64,000 nucleotides of DNA. Origin: Bacillota bacterium (GTDB lineage Bacteria > Bacillota_I > Bacilli_A > Acholeplasmatales > Acholeplasmataceae). The notes below the pieces were generated by a model. That model made no database searches. It worked only from the letters and a program-made list of their open reading frames with translations, and had not been told where the DNA came from. The stretch lies in NCBI GenBank assembly GCA_018817915.1, contig JAHISX010000043.1, forward strand, positions 2,591 through 66,590, read 5' to 3'. Positions 38,005 to 48,784 of this stretch are shown piece by piece. Every line of letters begins with the position of its first letter. Within the stretch, counting starts at the first letter, position 1. The position numbers and the translations under genes are program-made.

Positions 38005-40146
38005 ATGGATATAAACAAGCTGTTGCATAATATGACAATTGAAGAAAAAGCAGGACAACTTATGCAGTTAGCACCTTTTTTCTTCATCAGGGATTTAGAA
38101 ATCGAAGTTGCTGGAAATGTGAGTGACATTGGCATCACACAAAAGAAGATCTTTCAATCAGGGTCTGTTTTAGGTATTCGAAATGCTAAAGAAATGATTG
38201 ATGTACAAAAAAGATATTTAAGTCAAAGTCGCTTACAGATACCTTTGATTTTTATGGCAGATATCATCCATGGTTATGAAACGATATTTCCTGTACCAAT
38301 TGCGATTTCAAGTTCGTGGAATCCAGAATTAGCATATCAAATGGCTAGAGTTTCTGCTCTAGAAGCTTCTTCAGCAGGTATCCACGTCACTTTTTCACCT
38401 ATGGCTGATTTATCTAGAGATCCAAGATGGGGCAGAGTCGTTGAAGGATTTGGTGAAGATGCATATCTTTCATCATCCTTTGTCAAACAAATGGTATTAG
38501 GATACCAAAATGATGGTATTGAAAAACCTGGGAATGTTGCTTCTTGTGTTAAGCATTTTGCAGCTTATGGGGCTGTTGAAGCAGGTAGGGATTATAATAC
38601 CGTTGATGTTTCTAGACTATTTTTGCATCAATATCACTTAACAGGGTATAAAGCAGCAATCGATGCTGGAGCAAAAATGATTATGACAGCATTCAATACT
38701 GTTGATGGTATACCCTCAACGGTTAACTCATATTTGTTAAAAGATGTTTTAAGAGATCAATGGAAATTTGAAGGAGTTACAATCTCAGATTATGATTCAC
38801 TACATCAAATCGTCGATCACGGATGTGCTGAAAATGATAAAGAAGCCGCTTTATTAGGCATTGAGGCAGGTTTGGATATCGAAATGGCTTCATCTTGTTA
38901 TGTCAACTATTTAAAAGAGTTGATTAATGAAAATAAAGTTGATGTCAAACGAGTTGACAAAGCAGTCTTGCGTATCTTAGAGCTAAAAAAGGAACTCGGA
39001 CTCTTTGAAAATCCATTTAAAGGTGCAGATATTTTATTGGAAGAACAATTAGTACATTCTAAAGAACATCTTGCGATTGCAAAAAAAGCTGCAGATGAAT
39101 GTTCAGTTTTACTTAAAAATGATCATGTTTTACCACTTAAAGAAGGTGTGAGAGTTGCTCTGATTGGTCCACATGCACAATCGAGATCTACCAATGGGTC
39201 ATGGTCATGGCATGGAAAAAGCGAACTCAATAGCACGCTAGAAGAATCTTTAATCAAACAAGATATCATTCCAGTGATTACTTTGAGTGTTGAAAGAGAT
39301 GATCAAATTTCAAAAGAAGATAAAGAAATACTTAAGACTTGTGATGTTGCTATCATAGCAATTGGTGAGGATGCTTATGAAAGTGGAGAAGCACGATCTA
39401 AAACAGATCTTTCCATACCAAGAAAACAATCATCGCTTGTTCAATTAGTCAAGTCATTGGGACTAAAGAGTGTTGTTTTATTATACTCAGGTAGACCACT
39501 TATGCTTGACTCAGTTCTACAAACAGATGCTTTAATGTATGTTTGGTTTCTAGGTAGTCAAGCCAATGAATCAATCAGTGAAACCTTGAGTGGAAAAATT
39601 AATCCATCAGGGAAGTTAACAATGTCCTTTCCAAGAAATGTAGGACAAATTCCAATATATTACAATTATTACACGACTGGAAGACCTAAAGAAGAACATG
39701 TACAAAATGAATATGTTTCTTATTATCTTGACGTGCCCAATTCACCACTATTTCCATTTGGATATGGGTTGAGCTATTCATCGTTTGATTATCATGATCT
39801 TCATATCTCTAGCGATGAAATAACGCCAGAAGAAAAGCTATCCATATCGATAGAAGTTACCAATAAAAGTAATGTTGCAGGATATGAAACTGTCCAACTT
39901 TATATCAGAGATTATGTTTCAAAAATTGTACGTCCAATTAAAGAACTTAAAGGATTTAAAAAAGTTTGGTTTGATGGAAACACTTCACAAGTCATCAAAT
40001 TCAATCTCCAACTTGAAGATCTTATGATCATTGATGCCTTTGGAAATGAGTTTTTTGAATATGGAAAGTTTTCTGTGATGGTCGGCCCAAATTCAGAAAA
40101 TGTGATTTCAAAAGACTTTAGATTGATTAAGGAGAGCAAACAATGA
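38005..40146 (+). CDS. Glycoside hydrolase family 3 beta-glucosidase (BglX type), cytoplasmic
   Basis: SRDPRWGRVVEGFGEDAYL, KHFAAYGAVEAGRDYN, GVTISDYDS (nucleophile region) and the C-terminal FPFGYGLSY with an FnIII-like tail. No signal peptide. Confidence 0.9.
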   Translation: MDINKLLHNMTIEEKAGQLMQLAPFFFIRDLEIEVAGNVSDIGITQKKIFQSGSVLGIRNAKEMIDVQKRYLSQSRLQIPLIFMADIIHGYETIFPVPIAISSSWNPELAYQMARVSALEASSAGIHVTFSPMADLSRDPRWGRVVEGFGEDAYLSSSFVKQMVLGYQNDGIEKPGNVASCVKHFAAYGAVEAGRDYNTVDVSRLFLHQYHLTGYKAAIDAGAKMIMTAFNTVDGIPSTVNSYLLKDVLRDQWKFEGVTISDYDSLHQIVDHGCAENDKEAALLGIEAGLDIEMASSCYVNYLKELINENKVDVKRVDKAVLRILELKKELGLFENPFKGADILLEEQLVHSKEHLAIAKKAADECSVLLKNDHVLPLKEGVRVALIGPHAQSRSTNGSWSWHGKSELNSTLEESLIKQDIIPVITLSVERDDQISKEDKEILKTCDVAIIAIGEDAYESGEARSKTDLSIPRKQSSLVQLVKSLGLKSVVLLYSGRPLMLDSVLQTDALMYVWFLGSQANESISETLSGKINPSGKLTMSFPRNVGQIPIYYNYYTTGRPKEEHVQNEYVSYYLDVPNSPLFPFGYGLSYSSFDYHDLHISSDEITPEEKLSISIEVTNKSNVAGYETVQLYIRDYVSKIVRPIKELKGFKKVWFDGNTSQVIKFNLQLEDLMIIDAFGNEFFEYGKFSVMVGPNSENVISKDFRLIKESKQ

Positions 40147-43100
40147 ACATTAAAAACAGCATGAAAACTCACGAATTGAATCATGGAGGCATCTCATTCA
40201 ATCTATTGGAAAATGGAGATATTTTTGATATAAGCTATGAAGATAATCAAATCAATTTATTAAAAGGTAATGCTATTGATGGATCGCTGATGAATTTATA
40301 CTTAAGAGTGTATATAGATGATTCAGTCTACTTTACTAGATTGATTGGAAAACATTCACCAAGTCACTTTTTTATTGAACAAGATATCGTTTATTACCAA
40401 GGTATATTTCAAGGTGTAGCCTATCAAGTATCCCTTAAACTTAATCAATTTGATTGGATTTATGAGGTTAAACTTAAGAGCGATTTTGCATGTCAAGCTG
40501 ATGTGATCTACGGACAAGATATTGCTATTCAGTCAAAATCAAGTGTCTTATCAAGTGAACCATATACAGTACAATACATTGATTATAAAGCATTTTCCAA
40601 TCAAAAAGGATATACTTTGTGTGCTCGTCAAAATCAAGGCAGATCTCAGTTTTTGCAAATCGGAAGTTTAACTAAAAATATTGCATACACAACAGATGGT
40701 TTTCAATTCTTCGGATTATCCTATAAGGAAACAGGCATACCTGAGGCCATGGATCAACCTCGTCTTATTTCCGAGGTTTATCAATATGAGTTCTCATATT
40801 TCGCTTTACAAAGCGATATCATTGATGTTGAGCAAAATGAAAAAAGTGTAGTCTTTTATGGTTTGTATAAATCTTCATATGATCAAGTGATTGAACATTT
40901 CGAGCCTTATCATGAAATTTTTGAATCTGCTTGGATAGACAGAAAAGTCAATAAGCAACCTAGCAGCAAGGCTTTACTTGATTCAACAAAACAAATCAAT
41001 GGTTTAACTATCGATGAAGATGGTTTGAAACTGATATACTCTAAAATGAATTTACCAGAAAGAAATGAAGAAGATCTTCTTTCATTTTTTTCAACAAATA
41101 ATCATCACGTCGTACTTAAACAAAAAGAATTACTCGTTGAAAGACCACACGGACATATTTTAGTCCAAGGTGATTTAAAGCATGCTACAGAATCAGTCAT
41201 GGCTACGACGAACTTTATGTTTGGTGTCTTTAATTCACATGTTGTTTTAGGTAATACAAGCTTCAATAAATTTATTGGGAATACACGTAGTCCGTTAAAC
41301 GTTCAAAAAATTTCTGGACAACGTATTTATATTAAACGCAATAAAGTATATTACATCTTAGGTTTACCAAGTTTTTATGATATGGGAGGAGCAACAACAA
41401 GATGGACCTATATCCTTGATGATGATGTTTTAACTGTCGATGTCATGATTGATATTGAAACAACTCAACATTCTTTAGTGATCACTTCAGAAAATCAAAT
41501 CAAATACGATTTCATTCTAACGCATCAAGTTGTTATGGGTGTTAATGAGTATGCATATCATTTGGATTATACACATAATGATCAAACGATTAGTTTTGTT
41601 GCACCAAAACAATCAATGGTAGGTGAAAAGTATCCTAATCTAACATATTCAATTCAAACAAAGACACCATTTTCGATCATTGATGAACAAACAGCATTTG
41701 GTTGTGAAAATCAACATGGCCTTCTAATCTTGTCATTCAGCAAGGTCTCAAGTTTAAGAATTAATTTATCTGCTTCTATAGATGGTCATATATTTGAACC
41801 AATCCTTTTCTCATATGAGGAAGCAGATCTTAAAGGAACAAAATATTTTAAAACTTTTTCAGGTAACCTGACACTCACTCACCCTACTTACCAACATGAA
41901 GTAGATCGATTAGAATTGATTGCATTTTGGTATACCCATAATGCACTTATTCATTATGCATCTCCACATGGACTTGAACAATATAATGGTGCTGCTTGGG
42001 GAACAAGAGATGTTTGCCAAGGACCAATGGAACTTTTCTCTGCAACTCAACATACACATTTAATGAGAGAAATTCTGCTCAAAACATATAGTCGACAATT
42101 TTTAGAAACAGGAGATTTCCCTCAGTGGTATATGTTTGATCTATATTATCAAATCCAGGCACATGAATCACATGGAGATATTATTATTTGGCCAATGCGA
42201 GCACTCGCTTACTATTTAAGAGAAACAGGTGATTTTTCAATACTTGATGAACAAGTTACTTATATGTCAAAAGAAAGTAATGAATTCACTAAACCAACAA
42301 GTTTAATGCATCATCTCAAAAAACAAATTGAGGCAATTGAATTATCTTTCATCAAAGATACTCACTTGCCAGCTTATGGTGGTGGAGATTGGGATGATAC
42401 GCTTCAGCCTGCAAATCATGATTTAACTAAAAAAATGGTCAGTGGTTGGACAGTAGCTCTACTTTATGAAGCATGTTTGGTACTTGCAGATGAATTAGAA
42501 ATTGCTCAAATTGATTTTTCTAAAAAGATGCACGAATTAGTTCATGGAATTAAACAAGATTATCAGAAATATATGATTGTTGATGATATACCAGCTGGCT
42601 TTGTTGTTTTCGGAGATGAACTGACTTATCTGCTACACCCCAGAGATTTAAAAACAGGCTTAAGTTACCGGTTATTGCCATTCATCAGATCAATGATTGC
42701 TGAATTGGCAGATGAAAATCAAGTTGATAGTTACTCTAAGATTATTGATAAATATTTGAAGCATCCTGATGGGGTAAGACTGATGGATACTACAGTTGAA
42801 TATCAGGGTGGTAAAACTACATACTTTGCTCGCGCAGAAACAGCAGCAAACTTTGGTAGAGAAATAGGTCTTCAATATGTCCATGCTCATATCAGATACA
42901 TTGAAGCTATGGCAAAAATTGGAAATGCTAAGGATGCATATAATGGATTGTTTGTTATCAATCCAATCTTAATTCAAGAAACAGTTAAAAATGCCTACTA
43001 TAGACAAAGCAATGTTTATTTTTCAAGTTCTGATGCATGGTTTAAGGATCGATATGAATCAAGAAGAGACTTTAAGAAAATACATGATCAAAAGATCTTA

Positions 43101-43433
43101 GTCAAAGGCGGATGGAGATTATATTCAAGCGGACCTGGTATCTATATTAACCAATTAATCTCAAACATTTTAGGTATTCGTCTTGATCATGGTCATTTGC
43201 TTTTAGATCCTGTCCTTCCTCAACATTTAGATGGATTAGTCGTTGATTATGTATTTAAAGATAAGCAAATCAGGATTCAGTACCATCAAGGTGAAGAAGC
43301 GGTGCTTGTCAATAAAAAGAAAGTTGCATATCAAAAATCTTTGACGCACTATCAAAATAGTGGAATCATTCTTGATGCAAATTTAATCCTTTCAAGTCAA
43401 GAGCCCGTTTTGATTGATATTTGGAGTCAATAG
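40143..43433 (+). CDS. GH94-like glycan phosphorylase; candidate 1,2-beta-oligoglucan phosphorylase
   Basis: 1096 aa and cytoplasmic. AAWGTRDVCQGP and YGGGDWDDTLQPA resemble the RD..QD and (A/G)DWND catalytic-region motifs of GH94. The size and the LacI-GH3-GH94 order match my recollection of the Listeria innocua lin1838-1840 cluster. Confidence 0.6.
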   Translation: MNIKNSMKTHELNHGGISFNLLENGDIFDISYEDNQINLLKGNAIDGSLMNLYLRVYIDDSVYFTRLIGKHSPSHFFIEQDIVYYQGIFQGVAYQVSLKLNQFDWIYEVKLKSDFACQADVIYGQDIAIQSKSSVLSSEPYTVQYIDYKAFSNQKGYTLCARQNQGRSQFLQIGSLTKNIAYTTDGFQFFGLSYKETGIPEAMDQPRLISEVYQYEFSYFALQSDIIDVEQNEKSVVFYGLYKSSYDQVIEHFEPYHEIFESAWIDRKVNKQPSSKALLDSTKQINGLTIDEDGLKLIYSKMNLPERNEEDLLSFFSTNNHHVVLKQKELLVERPHGHILVQGDLKHATESVMATTNFMFGVFNSHVVLGNTSFNKFIGNTRSPLNVQKISGQRIYIKRNKVYYILGLPSFYDMGGATTRWTYILDDDVLTVDVMIDIETTQHSLVITSENQIKYDFILTHQVVMGVNEYAYHLDYTHNDQTISFVAPKQSMVGEKYPNLTYSIQTKTPFSIIDEQTAFGCENQHGLLILSFSKVSSLRINLSASIDGHIFEPILFSYEEADLKGTKYFKTFSGNLTLTHPTYQHEVDRLELIAFWYTHNALIHYASPHGLEQYNGAAWGTRDVCQGPMELFSATQHTHLMREILLKTYSRQFLETGDFPQWYMFDLYYQIQAHESHGDIIIWPMRALAYYLRETGDFSILDEQVTYMSKESNEFTKPTSLMHHLKKQIEAIELSFIKDTHLPAYGGGDWDDTLQPANHDLTKKMVSGWTVALLYEACLVLADELEIAQIDFSKKMHELVHGIKQDYQKYMIVDDIPAGFVVFGDELTYLLHPRDLKTGLSYRLLPFIRSMIAELADENQVDSYSKIIDKYLKHPDGVRLMDTTVEYQGGKTTYFARAETAANFGREIGLQYVHAHIRYIEAMAKIGNAKDAYNGLFVINPILIQETVKNAYYRQSNVYFSSSDAWFKDRYESRRDFKKIHDQKILVKGGWRLYSSGPGIYINQLISNILGIRLDHGHLLLDPVLPQHLDGLVVDYVFKDKQIRIQYHQGEEAVLVNKKKVAYQKSLTHYQNSGIILDANLILSSQEPVLIDIWSQ

Positions 43434-43441
43434 GAAAAAAC

Positions 43442-43478
43442 AAAAAAGCAGAAACTAGGACCTAGTTTCTGCTTTTTA
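43442..43478. terminator. Bidirectional intrinsic terminator
   Basis: 13-bp palindromic stem agcagaaactagg (43447-43459) / cctagtttctgct (43461-43473), flanked by an A-run (5') and a T-run (3'). Lies between converging genes. Confidence 0.85.
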
Positions 43479-43498
43479 TATGTTTTGAGTGTTTGAAT

Positions 43499-44350
43499 TT
43501 AAATTTTTGTAATACTTGGCATTTCTGTTAATGTGAAATTTGCGGAGTTGATACGATAAGTATTTGTACCATCGCCTTCTATTTGCTCAGGGTTAGTGAA
43601 ATAGAGTTCAGTATTCCCCTTGACAGTAACACCTAACAGACTTGTGATATTAATATAGATCTTGATTTTAGAAAAGACATTAATCTGATTTGGATCATAA
43701 AATTCACTATCAGTTCTAATAATCAGATTGACAATGACATTATTTCTTTTTGTATGTTCATTATAGAGCAAGAATGCTCTTGTTTCATGTTCTGGTTTAG
43801 GTGTGACGAATTCGTAATTTGATCCAGTTCTTTCAAATCTGAGCTTATCAAATTTAATGCTGGATACTGTTCTTCCTTCAATGACACGGAAAGGAATTTT
43901 AATAGATACAAATCGGTAATTTTCAGGATGTAGGTAAATATCATCTACGTTGATCTGATTTTCTATCATGTGAAAAATCATTGATTTTCTTTGGATTAAG
44001 CGATCGATATAACGTTGTGATTCGCCATAAATCAGCATACGATCCATAAATTCGATAATTGAATAATTTGTAGAAGCAAACTGAAGTTCTCTAAATAGTT
44101 CTGCACGACGATTGGTATCATCATTCATCTTATAGACGGTCTTGTTATGCAGAAGAATAAGTAAGCTAAATAAGAAGGTAGAAAAAAATGATGCAAATGC
44201 AACGAATAATGTTGCAACTCTGATTCCAATAACGTTAAACATTTGATCTAGAATATCACCTAAAAATAGCATAGTTAATGCTATAAGAAAGACAGCCATA
44301 CTTGCTATTGCCATAATAGCAATAATCTTATTTTTGCTTGTACTCATCAT
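43499..44350 (-). CDS. Hypothetical membrane protein: two N-terminal TM helices plus a ~200-aa soluble domain
   Basis: 283 aa. TM helices IIAIMAIASMAVFLIALTMLFL and VATLFVAFASFFSTFLFSLLILL. No motif recognised. Monocistronic, lying between a bidirectional terminator and a 200-bp AT-rich upstream region. Confidence 0.5.
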   Translation of the reverse strand: MMSTSKNKIIAIMAIASMAVFLIALTMLFLGDILDQMFNVIGIRVATLFVAFASFFSTFLFSLLILLHNKTVYKMNDDTNRRAELFRELQFASTNYSIIEFMDRMLIYGESQRYIDRLIQRKSMIFHMIENQINVDDIYLHPENYRFVSIKIPFRVIEGRTVSSIKFDKLRFERTGSNYEFVTPKPEHETRAFLLYNEHTKRNNVIVNLIIRTDSEFYDPNQINVFSKIKIYINITSLLGVTVKGNTELYFTNPEQIEGDGTNTYRINSANFTLTEMPSITKI

Positions 44351-44568
44351 AATGAATCACTACCTTCTATTAAGATATTTGAAATATCGTGTAATCATTA
44401 TAGCACTAATTATATAGAATGAATCAAGTGCAATTTTCAAAAAATAAATATTATAAAAAATGTGTTATAAATTAATAATCACAAGGATATTTAGCTCATA
44501 TCCCAGATTATGATGGCAGATGAAATCCATGTGTAAAAATATGATATAATATGTATGAGGTAAATATT

Positions 44569-46608
44569 ATGAAGAACATGTATTTAGAGTTTTATAATCA
44601 ACAAACAAGAAAGTTAGCGAAGTCAAATTATGTGGATATCGATATCAATCAATATCCTTATTTAGATATGGATTCAGAGTCTATTTCTCTGAAACCAGAT
44701 ATTTTGATTGGTAGACTCGATCATAAAAAGACTTTTGGATTTTTAAGACAAGAGTTAGGCGATATTTATATTGACCAAAGATACTTATCAGACGCGATGC
44801 ATGATGATATTGTTTTGGTTAAAGAAGGTGTTGAACCGAAAATCGTTTTAGTCGTTGAAAGAGCATTAACAGTCATCATTGCTACAGTTAAAAAAACTAA
44901 AAGAGGTTTATTTTTTGAACCGGACACATATATTGATAGAAGACTTGAAGTAGAAGACACAGAAGGCTTAGTTGCTGGTCATGTTGTGATGCTTGAAGTT
45001 GAATCAATTGAACATTTTGGTATCTATGCTCATGTGAAGAAAATCATTGGACACGTTAATGATCCTGATATCAATACACTAAAGATTGTCTTCGGTTACG
45101 AGTGGCCACAAAAGTTCACAGATGAAGTTATGAATTCTTTAAAAGATATTCATATTGATATCAATCAAGAAAAGATAGAACGGGTTGATTTAACCAAAGA
45201 ACTTATTGTAACAATTGATGGTAAAGATGCTAAAGATTTAGATGATGCTATATCTTTAACAATCAAAGATAATCAATATCATTTAGGTGTTCATATTGCA
45301 GACGTTAGTCACTATGTTAAAGAAGATTCATTGTTAGATCAAGAAGCATATAACAGAAGCACATCATCTTATTTGGCTGATCGTGTCATTCCAATGTTGC
45401 CACATCTGCTATCGAATGATTGGTGTTCCCTAAATCCTAATGAGATTAAACTAACACTATCTTGCAATATGATCTTAGACATGGAAGGTAAAGTTGTTTC
45501 TTATAAGATACAAAAAAGCTATATTGAAAGTCATAGAAGACTAAACTATGATGAGGTCAATCAATTTCTAAAAAATCATGTTTCACTACACGATAAACCT
45601 GTTGAAGACATGCTCAAAACGATGAATGAACTATCACAAAAACTTAAAGTCATTCGTAAAGCACGTGGAGAAATCGAGTTTGAAAGTAGTGAACTTGGAT
45701 TTATCGTAGATCAGCAAGGACGTGTGCTTGATGTTTACGAAAGATCAACAGATGATGCTGAAGAACTGATCGAATCATTCATGTTGATAGCAAATGAAAC
45801 TGTCGCATATCACATGAATAAATCGAGTCTACCATGTTTATATCGTATCCATGAAAGACCAGATGTTCTTAAATTAAAGAACGCTTTAGTCATGGTTTCA
45901 AGATTAGGTTTCCCTGTGAATATGAAACAGTTGGGTAACCCTAAACCTTTGCAGGTACTAACAGAAAATTCATCAGGAACAGCATACAGTTACATCATTC
46001 ATATGATGCTGCTTCGTGCCATGCAAAAAGCTAAATACAGTGAAGTTTTATCACCTCATTACGGCTTAGGTGCAAGTTATTACGCTCATTTTACTTCTCC
46101 AATTAGAAGATATCCAGACTTAATTTTGCATCGCTTAGTCCATACTTTAGTCCTAGGAGAATCCAAGGACATTAAGAAGGATATGTACCATTTTGAATCA
46201 ATCATGCCAGAAGTTGCTACGCATACATCTGACCAAGAAAGAAAAGCTGTACAAATGGAACGCGATGTTGCTAAATTAAAGAGCTGTGAATATATGGCTG
46301 ACAAGATTGGTAACTTCTTTAAAGGAATGATTACACAAATGATGCCTTCTGGAATGTTTGTTAAACTCTCCAATGGTATTGAAGGATTTGTTCCTTTAAG
46401 AGTACTAGATGATTATTATATGTATAATGAAGCGCAATTAACATTCATCGGTAACAGAGGCAAAAAATATCGTTTGGGCGATAAAGTTAAGGTTGAGCTC
46501 TTAGATGTTGATCTAGGAACTAAGAAAATGGATTTTGTCATCGTTGATAAGAATAAGAACAAGAAGGTACAAAAACATGAAGCTTATAAGCCAAAACAAA
46601 AAGGCTAG
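44569..46608 (+). CDS. rnr: Ribonuclease R
   Basis: RNB-domain motifs [23 protein letters not shown] and [16 protein letters not shown], plus a C-terminal S1 domain and Lys-rich tail. RBS gaggt lies 8 nt before ATG 44569. Confidence 0.93.
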   Translation: MKNMYLEFYNQQTRKLAKSNYVDIDINQYPYLDMDSESISLKPDILIGRLDHKKTFGFLRQELGDIYIDQRYLSDAMHDDIVLVKEGVEPKIVLVVERALTVIIATVKKTKRGLFFEPDTYIDRRLEVEDTEGLVAGHVVMLEVESIEHFGIYAHVKKIIGHVNDPDINTLKIVFGYEWPQKFTDEVMNSLKDIHIDINQEKIERVDLTKELIVTIDGKDAKDLDDAISLTIKDNQYHLGVHIADVSHYVKEDSLLDQEAYNRSTSSYLADRVIPMLPHLLSNDWCSLNPNEIKLTLSCNMILDMEGKVVSYKIQKSYIESHRRLNYDEVNQFLKNHVSLHDKPVEDMLKTMNELSQKLKVIRKARGEIEFESSELGFIVDQQGRVLDVYERSTDDAEELIESFMLIANETVAYHMNKSSLPCLYRIHERPDVLKLKNALVMVSRLGFPVNMKQLGNPKPLQVLTENSSGTAYSYIIHMMLLRAMQKAKYSEVLSPHYGLGASYYAHFTSPIRRYPDLILHRLVHTLVLGESKDIKKDMYHFESIMPEVATHTSDQERKAVQMERDVAKLKSCEYMADKIGNFFKGMITQMMPSGMFVKLSNGIEGFVPLRVLDDYYMYNEAQLTFIGNRGKKYRLGDKVKVELLDVDLGTKKMDFVIVDKNKNKKVQKHEAYKPKQKG

Positions 46609-47020
46609 ACATGATTATTTCATTGAAGAAACATTTGAAGCTGGCATTCAATTGTTGGGCAGTGAAATCAAATCAATTCGTTTGGGTAAAGTCAATCTAA
46701 ATGATGCTTTTGTGACTTTTAGGAATGGCGAAATGTATGTCAATAATATGCACATCGCTAAATACGATTTTAGCAACCGATTCAATCACGAAGAAACGAG
46801 ACCACGTAAACTTTTATTGCATCACAAAGAAATCGTTAAACTTTTTTCTAAAACGAGAGAGCAAGGTTTTACAATTATTGCGCTTAAAGTTTATTTAATT
46901 GAAGGATTATGTAAAGTTGAAATTGGACTTGCAAAAGGTAAAAAGGATTATGATAAACGTGAATCCCTTAAAGAAAAAGATCAACAATTACGCATGAAGA
47001 AATCAATGAAAAATAGGTAG
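46577..47020 (+). CDS. smpB: SsrA-binding protein
   Basis: [32 protein letters not shown]...LLLHHKEI is canonical SmpB. Conserved rnr-smpB pairing. 32-nt overlap with the rnr 3' end. Confidence 0.93.
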   Translation: MKLISQNKKARHDYFIEETFEAGIQLLGSEIKSIRLGKVNLNDAFVTFRNGEMYVNNMHIAKYDFSNRFNHEETRPRKLLLHHKEIVKLFSKTREQGFTIIALKVYLIEGLCKVEIGLAKGKKDYDKRESLKEKDQQLRMKKSMKNR

Positions 47021-47023
47021 CAT

Positions 47024-47899
47024 ATGGAACATAAGATTGGACTTGCCTTAGGTGGCGGTGGTGCTAGAGGATCTTATCAAATTGGTATCCTTAAAGCATT
47101 AGATGAAGAAGGCATTTTAAAAGATATCCATCATATATCAGGAACATCCATTGGAGCAATCAATACACTTATGGTTATGGGCAAACTCAGCTATGAGCGT
47201 ATGATTGAGATTTGGGAGAAAATTGGTAACACGGATATCTATGGTTCAGGACCTGATCGGTTTAAGATGGACCGGTTAGGTATTTTCAGTTTACAAGATG
47301 CTTTTAATGTCTTAACAAGAGAAGTTTCTCTTTCGGAAATCAGAGATAGTAAAATACAAGGATATGCAACATCTGCTAAAATACGTAAAGATTCCCTAAT
47401 CGATCAAGTGATGATTCATCGTATGGAAAAAGAAGTTTTCCACTTAAATGATTTTAAAGATCCACATAGAGCAGTTTTAGCGAGTGCATCAATTCCTGTA
47501 CTTTTTGGGTCGACAACGATTGATGACGATCATTATGTTGATGGTGGTGCATTAGACAACTGTCCAATACAACCATTACTCGATCAAGGATGCGATATCG
47601 TGATTGCTGTGCCCATTGATGGTTGGTTTAGACCTAGAAAGTTTCAAAAAGAAAATATTCTTTTAATCAATTTGAAAACACACTATTTATTTCATACCAT
47701 CCCTTATGACATATTAGACTTTAAACCTGACATCGTCACAGATAAAGCTGATTATGGTTATAAGATGGGTAAAGTCATGATTAAGAAATTAAAGAGTTTA
47801 GGATATTTAGAAGAGGATTCATCTTGGAATAAACCAGATGGTCATACCTATGTTAATATCAGTAGAGAAGAAGAAAAAATAATGAAGGAAGAGGTTTAA
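47024..47899 (+). CDS. Patatin-like phospholipase
   Basis: GGGGARGSYQIG oxyanion motif, GTSIGA (GxSxG) and the VDGGALDN catalytic Asp motif. Confidence 0.88.
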   Translation: MEHKIGLALGGGGARGSYQIGILKALDEEGILKDIHHISGTSIGAINTLMVMGKLSYERMIEIWEKIGNTDIYGSGPDRFKMDRLGIFSLQDAFNVLTREVSLSEIRDSKIQGYATSAKIRKDSLIDQVMIHRMEKEVFHLNDFKDPHRAVLASASIPVLFGSTTIDDDHYVDGGALDNCPIQPLLDQGCDIVIAVPIDGWFRPRKFQKENILLINLKTHYLFHTIPYDILDFKPDIVTDKADYGYKMGKVMIKKLKSLGYLEEDSSWNKPDGHTYVNISREEEKIMKEEV

Positions 47900-47902
47900 T
47901 CT

Positions 47903-48784
47903 ATGGATTTAGAGATTGTAAAGATTATTCAACAGCTAAGAAATCCAGTTTTCGACTGGTTATTCTATATCATTACTCAAATTGGTGATCAATATTTCTT
48001 TATTGCTTTGGTCGCTGTGATTTATTGGACAGTCAATAAGAAATACGCCCACAAATTTGTATTTACCTTCATGCTTACAGCAATCGTCAATACAGGTATT
48101 AAAGAAATAGTTCAGCGCATCAGACCATTTTATTATGATGGCATACAAACTGAACCTAGATGGGAAACGTCGGGTTACTCATTTCCTAGTGGACACTCTC
48201 AAGCAGCAGGTGCTCTAGGTTATATGGCATATGACGTTTCAAAAAAACTTTCAAAAAAATGGATTTGGTATATTGGCATTGCCATTATGGTTTTAGTTCC
48301 ATTCAGTAGGGTATATCTTGGACAGCATTTCTTATCTGATGTTATCGTTGGTGTCACATTAAGCTTTATCTTAGCACATTATATCTTTAAACTTGTTGAT
48401 AAAATGGGTGATAATGAACATATCTATACATTGATGCTCGCACCACTCTTTGTTCTATCATTATTCTTTGTTCAAAATAGTGATTTATATGTAGCAGCTG
48501 GTGGATTTGTTGGATTTGCTGTTGGTTACTATTTGGAAAAACAATATGTTCAATATGATGTTAAAACTGATTTTTGGAAACAAGTCTTAAAAGTGGTTAT
48601 TGGACTCGTTATAGCGATTGCATTAAAAGAAGGTTTGAAATTGATTCTTCCATATTCAATAGATGAAGAATTTAATCCGACGACACTTGATTTAATTTTC
48701 GACTTTTTCAGATACTTATTGATTGGAGTTTGGGCTGCGGTTGGTGCACCCCTCGTGTTTAAATATGTTTTCAAACGTCATTAA
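47903..48784 (+). CDS. PAP2-family membrane phosphatase (PgpB/undecaprenyl-diphosphatase-like)
   Basis: All three PAP2 motifs are present: KEIVQRIRP, PSGHS and SRVYLGQHFLSD. Multi-TM protein. Confidence 0.85.
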   Translation: MDLEIVKIIQQLRNPVFDWLFYIITQIGDQYFFIALVAVIYWTVNKKYAHKFVFTFMLTAIVNTGIKEIVQRIRPFYYDGIQTEPRWETSGYSFPSGHSQAAGALGYMAYDVSKKLSKKWIWYIGIAIMVLVPFSRVYLGQHFLSDVIVGVTLSFILAHYIFKLVDKMGDNEHIYTLMLAPLFVLSLFFVQNSDLYVAAGGFVGFAVGYYLEKQYVQYDVKTDFWKQVLKVVIGLVIAIALKEGLKLILPYSIDEEFNPTTLDLIFDFFRYLLIGVWAAVGAPLVFKYVFKRH

